A DNA stretch of 64,000 nucleotides from Albugo candida. Its lineage: Eukaryota. Location of the stretch: contig JBDOQK010000005.1 in the NCBI GenBank assembly GCA_040437565.1, positions 372,001 through 436,000 of the forward strand. Reading direction: 5' to 3'. This document shows, piece after piece, positions 1 through 9,413 of the stretch (the stretch's first letter is position 1; each line of letters begins with the position of its first letter). A model generated the notes under the pieces. That model made no database searches. It was not told where the DNA came from and saw only the letters and a program-made list of their open reading frames with translations. A program made the position numbers and the translations under genes.

Positions 1-472
1 AACAGGTTCGAGTGTCATCATAATCAGTCAAATCAATATCGAAAACCAGTTCTCTCTGTTCTGCAATAAACTCATTCGGATTTACTTTTCCCTTATCCGC
101 AGGGGAGATCGAGAATACGGCTCCGATGTCGACTTTAGAAGGCAATTGTTTGAGCATTGCATTACGAAATTCTTGGTCATTCTGAAAAGTTTTATATCGT
201 ATATAGGTCCCGTTTTCCAATGTAAATGAGAATTCACGTCGCCTCAAGTATTCTTCACCTGGGAATCGATTTAGCATATTTACAAAGCAATAGGAGGCAG
301 GTATTACCGCCATCATACGAGAGCCATTTCGTAAGCAATTCATATGGAAACAACCGTTCTGAAAGCACAGCAGCATGAAAAACGTCAGATTTGAAGTATG
401 AGATGCCAATTTGCTATCCTTACCATAGTACACATGCAATAATTCCGGTGAAAACACTTCATCCTCATTCAT
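1..472 (-). CDS. PRI1: DNA primase small (catalytic) subunit, 5' part; continues beyond window start
   Basis: Hand translation of the minus strand with two short introns: MNEDEVFSPELLHVYY..RLFPYELLTKWLSY..EYLRRREFSFTLENGTYIRYKTF..PSKVDIGAVF..QRELVFDIDLTDYDDTRTC. REFSF and ELVFDID are eukaryotic primase motifs. The start codon lies next to a gap and is tentative. Confidence 0.9.
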   Translation of the reverse strand, partial: MNEDEVFSPELLHVYYGKDSKLASHTSNLTFFMLLCFQNGCFHMNCLRNGSRMMAVIPASYCFVNMLNRFPGEEYLRRREFSFTLENGTYIRYKTFQNDQEFRNAMLKQLPSKVDIGAVFSISPADKGKVNPNEFIAEQRELVFDIDLTDYDDTRTC

Positions 473-828
473 TTCGAGTTGAATTGATGCTACNNNNNNN
501 NNNNNNNNNNNNNNNNNNNNNNNNNNNNNNNNNNNNNNNNNNNNNNNNNNNNNNNNNNNNNNNNNNNNNNNNNNNNNNNNNNNNNNNNNNNNNTACCGCG
601 GCTCTTGCTACCAATCACATCCACTTCTTGAAACATCTAACTGCAATTCAAATTTTCTGTAACTCAAAATCATCATATACTTGTTAGAAAGCAGCCAAAG
701 AAACAGCGCGTGTTTTAGTCGCACGTTTGCATCCAACGAGAGCACTGCTTTACGATATCACTAAAACTATACCGATAACATCAACGTGAAAACTTCAAGC
801 GTGTATTTGATCGATTAAATTGCCCTGC

Positions 829-3375
829 ATGAATAGTAATCAAAGCTCCGGTCGTAAAAATAATAATAAGCCCGCAGCTCGCTTGACTCAATCCTTTGCT
901 CGTCCACCAAGTATCTCCTCTGCTCCGTTACTCCATCCACAGCGGTGGGTCAATAACGAAAGAAGTGATTTCACAGAAATGTCGGCGCATTCCATATCGT
1001 CGCCTGGCAGTCACTTTCCAGCAAAGCAAAAAGGTACAGCGCGACCGCTCTTCCCTCCACCACCGTTAAGATCATCTACTATATCATCTATTCAGCATTC
1101 AAGCCTTGCAAATAGCGTAACAAGAACGGATAATAGTTGTCAAAATCAAAATGGCTGGAAATGGAGCAATGGCTCAGCTTTTCTTCAAGAGAAAGCCACT
1201 CCTCCAGCTCCCATTCGATTTAACATCACCCGTCCAAATCTGCTGAATACATCTCGGTTGAATAAAGCGATCGCATCGTCTTCTCATGCATTCGCGACCA
1301 CACAACCACTTGCGAACTCCACTCAAGCACAAACCAAATGGCCAGAATCGCTCCAAGATTATGTGAAAAGAGCTTTTGCAAGATGCAAAGGAGCTACTGA
1401 TCAAGCTGTGACCCAGAATGCATTAAAAGAGCTGATTACAGAGGCTATCGCAAAAAATCACCTATGGACCAAGGATTGGATTTTCGAGCCGTTACCTCGT
1501 TTGGTATCTGATGGGAACAATGTTCAATCAAATGTANNNNNNNNNNNNNNNNNNNNNNNNNNNNNNNNNNNNNNNNNNNNNNNNNNNNNNNNNNNNNNNN
1601 NNNNNNNNNNNNNNNNNNNNNNNNNNNNNNNNNNNNAAAGCCACTCCTCCAGCTCCCATTCGATTTAACATCACCCGTCCAAATCTGCTGAATACATCTC
1701 GGTTGAATAAAGCGATCGCATCGTCTTCTCATGCATTCGCGACCACACAACCACTTGCGAACTCCACTCAAGCACAAACCAAATGGCCAGAATCGCTCCA
1801 AGATTATGTGAAAAGAGCTTTTGCAAGATGCAAAGGAGCTACTGATCAAGCTGTGACCCAGAATGCATTAAAAGAGCTGATTACAGAGGCTATCGCAAAA
1901 AATCACCTATGGACTAAGGATTGGATTTTCGAGCCGTTACCTCGTTTGGTATCTGATGGGAACAATGTTCAATCAAATGTAGATAAAAGCTCACCAGCTG
2001 CATGTACAGCGGCCATGAAGAAGTCACGTTTTCACCCAATTTCTACTCCTCTTTGCGCAAACTCTAGAACACCGACAATGGAACAAAGCTCAGCCATCCC
2101 GATTCTGAGTACTACGAATGAAAATTTACCAATCTCAATAGCACCAACAGTGAATTCTGTGATTACGAAAGGCAACAAAAGAAGAAAAAAGTAAGCGAGT
2201 CATGCTTTCCGTCCGTACCATCTTCCAACAGCACTCATTTTGTCTTTGCACGTAGAAACAATAAACAAAAGCAAGCTGTAGTAGCAAATCTTACACCAGA
2301 AGAAAGCATGCGTAAAACGCAACGGCAACAGCGGTTTTTGAAAGATCAAGTCGAAATTGCAAAGCAAAGAATTTACACATCAATGGAGACGAAACCATCA
2401 AGGGTTCTTAATGTTGAAGGTGATTTAGATTTAGAAGCCATGACGATTAAAGGAACTTGTCAGAAAGTAGAGAAGGAATATCTGCGACTCACATCACCAC
2501 CGCATCCATCAACCGTGCGTCCGGAAAATATATTGCGAAAAGCTTTGGATCTGATACAAACAAAATGGAAAGACGGATCTTGTGACTACATTTACGCATG
2601 CAGCCAACTCAAGTCAATACGCCAAGATTGCACGGTTAGATCTGCAAAGTGTTGCAGCCTATTAAAGTATGATCGTCATTTGTGACCAAATGCATTTTTC
2701 TAGGTCCAGCGCTTGAAGAATGCTTTCACTGTCAAAGTGTATGAGTCACATGCGCGAATTGCACTACAATCGGGTGATATCAATGAATTTAACCAGTGCC
2801 AAACTCAATTGCATGAGCTGTACGAAGAGGCAATTCCAGGAGAGGCAATTGAGTTTCTAGCATATCGGATTTTATATTGCATTTATGTTGGTCTACAAGC
2901 AAAAAAAGCAGATTCCAACACTGGTACGTTAGGTATGTATAATGTTCTGTGTTTGCTGTCTCCACAGCTGCGTCAAGACAAGGTCGTTGCACACGCATTG
3001 CATGTGCGTGAGGCCGTCGCCTCAAACGATTATCATCAATTCTTCAACCTCCATTCGGAGGCACCCAATATGTCTGGATACCTGATGAATGCTATGGTCA
3101 CAACAGTTCGATTACGTGCTCTACGTATTATGTGCAAAGCGTATGCTAGCTTCCTACATCTACCTGACATCTCATTCTTCTTTTTTAGATATAGGCCACA
3201 TCTCTGTCTGAACTTTATTAAGCGAGAATTCAGGTTACGTGGTCTTGAAGGCAGAAGATTTATTAAGGAGTGCGGCATTCTACTCGTAAATGATAAAACA
3301 GGCGAGAAGAAACTGGTGGACACAAAAAACTCGGAAATCGTCTCAGTTCTTAGCGATCAATCGTCCCTTATTTAG
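829..3375 (+). CDS. SAC3/GANP/THP3 (LENG8-like) PCI-domain mRNA export/processing factor, multi-exon
   Basis: WPESLQDYVKRAF; IKGTCQKVEKEYLRLTSPPHPSTVRP; QLKSIRQDCTV; VYESHARIALQSGDINEFNQCQTQL. GT-AG introns at ~2191-2255 and ~2635-2703. Contains an artefactual duplication around gap 1537-1636. Confidence 0.88.
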
Positions 3376-4103
3376 TGATGACACTAACTCAAAAACCGAA
3401 CAATTTTCGTCATTCTGCGATTTTGTTACAGTCAGTCAATTGCTATAACGTGAGTCATGACTCAAATTAGTCAAGCTTCAAGACTCGGCACGTGCAAGGA
3501 GGGACCCATGAATTTCACAGAAAGCTCCCAAACACTCAGGATTGTAACGGGGATAATTGAGTAAAGATTTATCAATCTGACTTATGAGTTTGCATGCGAG
3601 CAACTAGCACAATGTGACGTCAAGATTTGCTGATACGTTATTTGAAAGTGGGCTCTCGGGAATTGTTTGTAAGTCATGGCCCTAAGTTTTGGAAAAAATC
3701 CACTCGATTGCCGATTCCGAAATGAGCTCGTATCACATCGATGCATCTGCACGGCTCCTATTCTGACGCTCGAACAACCGGATACTTTGCGCATATACAG
3801 CTCCAATCTGCTGTTTCATCGATCAGTTCCTTNNNNNNNNNNNNNNNNNNNNNNNNNNNNNNNNNNNNNNNNNNNNNNNNNNNNNNNNNNNNNNNNNNNN
3901 NNNNNNNNNNNNNNNNNNNNNNNNNNNNNNNNAGTTTGCATGCGAGCAACTAGCACAATGTGACGTCAAGATTTGCTGATACGTTATTTGAAAGTGGGCT
4001 CTCGGGAATTGTTTGTAAGTCATGGCCCTAAGTTTTGGAAAAAATCCACTCGATTGCCGATTCCGAAATGAGCTCGTATCACATCGATGCATCTGCACGG
4101 CTC

Positions 4104-6167
4104 CTATTCTGACGCTCGAACAACCGGATACTTTGCGCATATACAGCTCCAATCTGCTGTTTCATCGATCAGTTCCTTCACTGTGCATACAACATCTGAT
4201 ATCGGAAGTCGCACTTGTTGACAGGAATCACGTTCTCGAAGAGTGACTGTTTCATCAGTAGAGGTTTCAAAATCAATAGTGACGTTGAATGGAATTCCAA
4301 GCTCATCTGCACGGGCATACTTCCGACCGATTGCGACACTCGAAGTATCAACCCGACACTCAACGCGGTTTTGTGCAAAAGCGCTCTCTAGGTGATGGGC
4401 GTAGGCATGTAGGCTTTCTTGAGTGCTAAGAGGAAGCACAGACACCTTGATAGGCGCAATGCAAGGTTTGAATGCCATAACCCCTCGTTTCTCATCGCCT
4501 TCGCGAATCGAGAAGCTATGTTCAAATACTGCCGTCAAGATACGCCCAATTCCAAAGGATGGCTCGATGACAGACGGGAAATATTTCTCTTCACACATCG
4601 TCACTTCCACCAGCTTAATCAGGATCATTTCTCTTGTGATGATAAATTGTTTCTCAGCACACTTGGATTTCAAGACAGCTTTACCATGAGTGCACAATTC
4701 TTGCTCAAAGGCTAGGGCTTGATCTGAATCGCTTCGCAATTCCTCCAATATTTCATTCACGCATGCGACATCAGACTTAAAAGTACGCCCAAGTAGTCCT
4801 TTGTTACTTTTGATGTCAATTATAAGACGCTTCTCAGGCTCTGGGTATCGGTGCGTGCCTACCAGCTCCACTTTACTTTTTTTCGAATGAACTGTCAAGT
4901 CGTAGCATGATCGATCTGCGTGGCCTGCACACTCTACCCAGCCAGAGACTAAGTGAACTTCAAGGTCCCAGCAATCGGAAGCATAATGCGACATCTCGGT
5001 ATCCAGATGCTGTCGAAATCGCACTCGTTCCATATCGAGACCAACTTTGACTGCAAACAGGCTAGTACGTGCCAAGTAGTAGGCCAAACTTTGATTTGCA
5101 ATTATTCCATTTGCAACTGCATGTTCGCAAGTGAGGTGGACAATCTTACCATCCGTGAGTTGATGCGCCTTTGTCAAAAGCGGTAAGACGGTGTTAGCAA
5201 TAAGATGGAATTTTGGATGATTCTTGTCTTTGGGATTCACAAAATACTCGATTTCTGCCTGCTGGAATTCCCGCACACGTAAAAGCCCTCCTCGTGGCGA
5301 AATTTCATTTCGGAAAGCATTCCCTATTTGAGCGCAGCCAAAAGGAATCCTGCCAGCGTTATATTCCAGCAAGCGTCTAAAATTTAGGAAAATTCCTTGC
5401 GCTGTTTCTGGCCGCAAATAACCTATTTGATTTCCTTCAGGACCAATCTGACACTGGAACATGAGATTGAACGGGATCGGGTCGCTCAGATCAGCACCTG
5501 TCCCGGGTGCTTTGATTTGGTACTCTTGGATGACGGCGCGAATTTCTTCCGGAGTGTATGATTCGGCTAATGAAGCAGTTAGGCGATGTTTTTCTTGCTC
5601 TTGCACACTCATCGTGGTATTGTTTTCGATCAGTTGGTGGACATGATCCTCGACGAGTTTGTCTGCTCGATAACATTCTCCGGACTTTAAGCATTTGACC
5701 ATGAGATCTGTAAAGCGATCGACATGACCCGATGTTTTCAGCACGATTTCCGGCATCAAATTAGTGCACTCTAATTCTAGTAAGCGGTCTTCGAAGACAA
5801 AATGGGAGCGCCATATTTCCAAAAAGTTTGCTTTGAGTGCACAAGCGGGTGGCCCGAAGTCGTAGAATCCACCGATACCTCCATAAATTTCAAACGAAGG
5901 AATGATAAACATTTTCCGAAGCAGCAAATCATCTAACACTTTTTTCTCAAATTTCGATAAGCCCATACTGGTAGACTTTTGTTGCTCTATTGTCTCGCGA
6001 TTGAGTTCAATTTTTAGTGCTTTGAGTGTATCCACTGCTGCTTTAATGTCGTCAGATCCACCACCATCTTGCTTAAGCTTTCTCACAAGTGCACCTTGGC
6101 GGGTCACTTGCGCACGAAGTGCGTCCAAATCTCTCTTTGGTGCGATTGATTCTCCTACGGATTCCAT
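4104..6167 (-). CDS. GARS: Glycine--tRNA ligase (eukaryotic alpha2 type) with N-terminal WHEP domain
   Basis: WHEP-like QGALVRKLKQ..IKAAVDTLKALK; YGGIGGFYDFGP; YLRPETAQGIFLNF; FRNEISPRGGLLRVREF; VIEPSFGIGRI; anticodon-domain GRKYARADELGIPF. Confidence 0.97.
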   Translation of the reverse strand: MESVGESIAPKRDLDALRAQVTRQGALVRKLKQDGGGSDDIKAAVDTLKALKIELNRETIEQQKSTSMGLSKFEKKVLDDLLLRKMFIIPSFEIYGGIGGFYDFGPPACALKANFLEIWRSHFVFEDRLLELECTNLMPEIVLKTSGHVDRFTDLMVKCLKSGECYRADKLVEDHVHQLIENNTTMSVQEQEKHRLTASLAESYTPEEIRAVIQEYQIKAPGTGADLSDPIPFNLMFQCQIGPEGNQIGYLRPETAQGIFLNFRRLLEYNAGRIPFGCAQIGNAFRNEISPRGGLLRVREFQQAEIEYFVNPKDKNHPKFHLIANTVLPLLTKAHQLTDGKIVHLTCEHAVANGIIANQSLAYYLARTSLFAVKVGLDMERVRFRQHLDTEMSHYASDCWDLEVHLVSGWVECAGHADRSCYDLTVHSKKSKVELVGTHRYPEPEKRLIIDIKSNKGLLGRTFKSDVACVNEILEELRSDSDQALAFEQELCTHGKAVLKSKCAEKQFIITREMILIKLVEVTMCEEKYFPSVIEPSFGIGRILTAVFEHSFSIREGDEKRGVMAFKPCIAPIKVSVLPLSTQESLHAYAHHLESAFAQNRVECRVDTSSVAIGRKYARADELGIPFNVTIDFETSTDETVTLRERDSCQQVRLPISDVVCTVKELIDETADWSCICAKYPVVRASE

Positions 6168-6365
6168 AAAAAATAGATTTCTAAACGTGAGGCGAGTATC
6201 ACTTGTGTACGTCTACACAAATGTAAAAGTGCGGCTACCACCCGAAGGCGTTTATCGATTCAACTTGGATGCTAAGATTGTGGCAATACATTTATTTAAT
6301 CGATATCGGCTACAAAAAGTGCTCTAATCCATTTCTCGTGTCGGAATGGTCTATCTACAGCCTCC

Positions 6366-7433
6366 TTATGATGACTCATGAAGTTTGGCATCGATATCTG
6401 CGGCGTGTAAGAGGATTCGCTGCACAACAAGACTGGAGACGGTGTCGAGTCCTTTTGTCAGAACATCCAAGTCTCTTTCACCTTGCCAGATTTGTATGGT
6501 TGCTTTCTTGATATAAAGATTGTTCTCTTCAAACTCATCCAAACCATCTCCTTCTACGTAGTGATTTTTTATATCGGCATGATCTTTGTCCAAAAATGGG
6601 ATCGCCGCAACCACTTTTAGAATCTACAAAGACATGGTGAGCCTCATTAAAATCCAACATTTGTAAGATGTGCAATCAATTCTACTTGCATCATTCAGAT
6701 CGTCGATCTCCTCTGTCGACAGTTTCTCGAAGACAGTTGCATTATGTTCGACGTTCGTTGATGTTGTTGAAATATTTCGGTCAGCAACTTCACTTTGTTC
6801 TCTTCCTTCTACATTATGCTGCTCGTCATACTCCATATTCACATCAACGATCGCATCTCTAGTCTTTGGCTTCCCCCAGCTTCCTTCTTCCCATTTGAAT
6901 GCCGACGGTAGATTACATTGTTTGAAAAAAGTACTCAGAGCTTCTTCTACAAGAGTGTGACACGCTCCACCTGTCATTCTGAGTTTTAACTTTACCTCTT
7001 GGAATGATCCCGGAGTTGTAGTCTTCAAGTAAAATGGTAGCACGAGATTTCGTGCGGAAGGGTACTCATGACTGCTCTGAATTGCACTTAAGATCCCCAT
7101 CAATTCTTTGTAGGATTCTTCATTCACGCGTTGCTGTTCGGGATACTGTCCAAATAAATCGGGATGTGTGCGTAGATATAATTTTCGTAAAGTTGACTTC
7201 AGCATGGGAACCTCCTCCAGGTTGTCCTTCTTCATTTTACGCAAATTCTTGCGTCGTAAGGCTCGTTCGCTCATCTTTGTTCGTACATTCATCTGCCAGC
7301 CATATGTAGCCGTAAGAAAGCGACTTCCATTTGCTATGCTTTTTCGGGTCTCCTGGACGTATGCATTTCCTATTTGATGTAATCGCAGACTGCAGAAGTT
7401 TCCGGTAAATTGCCTCAATGATCGAATGGTCAT
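6366..7433 (-). CDS. TCAIM/DUF4460-like protein, probably mitochondrial; 2 exons
   Basis: LRKLYLRTHPDLFGQYPEQQRVNEESYKEL resembles the DUF4460 J-like HPD motif. The R/S/T-rich N-terminus resembles a presequence. A GC-AG intron at 6624-6689 joins the ORF to 6366-6623. Confidence 0.7.
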
Positions 7434-9346
7434 AGGTTGAGAGGTTGACTTTTCCGAGATGTGCAATCTCGAGTAAGTACAGTATTATCTGCAGGAATCT
7501 CACCGAATGTATTGATTATTTTTCGCACCGCATCAAGTTCCTTTTCTTCAACCAAGTGGAATAGCTTGACAAAGAAAACGAATCGCCTAAAGCAGAGATT
7601 TAAGCACATATCCGCGTGAAGAACCACAAAATTCTCGTTGTGACTGTGATACAAATGAGCATACACGCGAAAAAGTCGTTTCATGACCGTGCAACATAAT
7701 TCCATAAAGCTTTTCTTCGCAATCTCATCATAGCGACCAATTTCAGGAAAAGTTGCTGGACCGGAAAATTCTTTCTTGACCCATGAGAGTGAACGCGAAA
7801 TGTACTGGCTTGCAGGCAGCGAGATAGGAGCTCTGGCACTGCTAAAGTGAGCGTTTTGTTGCTGAGGATCAGTCCATAAGTAAGTATAGCATGGCCCTGC
7901 GGACATTTTTGGACAATTTCGTGTGGTACAAAACTCCGAGATAGTGTCATACAATAAGCTGACATCGTCAGAAAAATCAGTGACATGTACAAATACCCAT
8001 TCATCCAAGCTATAGCCCTCGGGAAGTTGAACACACTCGATAACGTCGATACTATTCATCATGGAATGTTCAATCAGTTCGTGCGGTGCTTGCGTTTGTG
8101 TCCGATATGAAGATCCGTTTAGATCCTGAATACATTGAGATTCACCACGACCACTTTTTGGCATCACCGGTAAGGTATTGAGATTGACCTCCGTCTTTAA
8201 GAAAGTAGGTGGAGCCAGCGGATTGTGTGTGGTCGAACATATGTTGGTGACGACTGCTGTTCTTTCCTCAACATGGTATTGCTTTTCCTGCAACGCCATC
8301 TCCAACGTACCTCTGTGGTGTATCACGGCCGAATTTGGGGATAAGCTCCGATTTACACTAATAGTGCTGTAATGATGGTCAAAAGTATCTGTTTGGAGTC
8401 GTAGATGCACACAAAGCATTTGTTGCGCCGTCAAAAGCTTATGAAGAGCAACTCTGATAGAAATGTGATCATGGAAGAAGAGATTTCTTACCTTGCTTAT
8501 CCCCGGCTCGATCACACTGTTAACATCTTTTGTCAATATAATGGAAATGTCGGATCGAAGAGAGTCATCTAATGCTTCGTGACGAGCTAGAGCGGCCATA
8601 TACTTGATACGATTCTACCCATATAAGATAACACAAGGCGTTGCAGGGCAAATGATACAGTATACTCGATGTAAACGAGCTGTCTCGCATCGATTATCAC
8701 ACTTTATCTCGCCGATTTTCTTTTGATAACGATATATTCTGTCAAGTGCACTTTTACGATGCTCGTTTCGAAGCTACAAACTCAATCAAAAAATACAATG
8801 ATACAAGTAATCGGCTTGAATTGGACTGACTTTCAGAACTGGAATTTCCAAAAGCGTCGCCTGCAACGAGCCGATGACATTGTTCTGAATCTGAGATATC
8901 AATTGCTCTATACCATTTCGTCGTTCTTCAATCTAGATGTTTTGTTCAGAATATAATCAATGCGGGTAACTTGGTGCAATCCAGAGCATACCTCAACGAG
9001 TTCTATGTTTGACTCAGCGAGATCGAGCATGCGGCGAATATTACAGCTCGAATCAGTCATATCTATCTCAATCAAGAACATAGAATTTTTAATGGCGTAT
9101 GCCACGTGCTTGAATTCTAAGACTCTAACCCAATATGGCCTGGCAGTATTTTGACCAGTTCTGAATCATGCCACGAAGTCGTAACTCAAGACCATCCAGT
9201 TGTGTAATCAGCACCAAAACTCCAGACGCTTTATTCAATGACTCATTTCCATGATACTTTGAATCTAATTCTGAGTCGCTTGTCGATGTATTTTTTGATT
9301 CACTTGCGCATGCTGCCGCCGAGCCGTGCAGCAATTTTCGCAGCAT
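7430..9346 (-). CDS. MOB1/phocein-family kinase activator with an N-terminal BAR-like helical domain, multi-exon
   Basis: MOB core: VQLPEGYSLDEWVFVHVTDF, FCTTRNCPKMSAGP, KRLFRVYAHLYHSH. Upstream exons 9346-~9172, 9116-8992, 8932-8831 and 8773-8666 splice in frame into 8614. The last three introns are phase-0 GT-AG of 59, 57 and 51 nt. Confidence 0.75.
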
Positions 9347-9413
9347 CGACTTTGTGTCCCTAAAAGATCGATATTTTACCGGTACATACTGTCGATTTAG
9401 ACCTTTTGGTAGA

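Noticed and set aside
1191-1981. ~345-bp direct repeat either side of the N gap
   Set aside because: Overlapping contig ends joined by a fixed 100-N spacer. The copies differ by about one base (acc/act), which suggests alleles. This is an assembly artefact.
3587-4178. Apparent duplicate of the GlyRS 3' end
   Set aside because: Same gap-flank artefact. It recurs at gaps 18721, 24731, 42806, 45711, 57598 and 63573.
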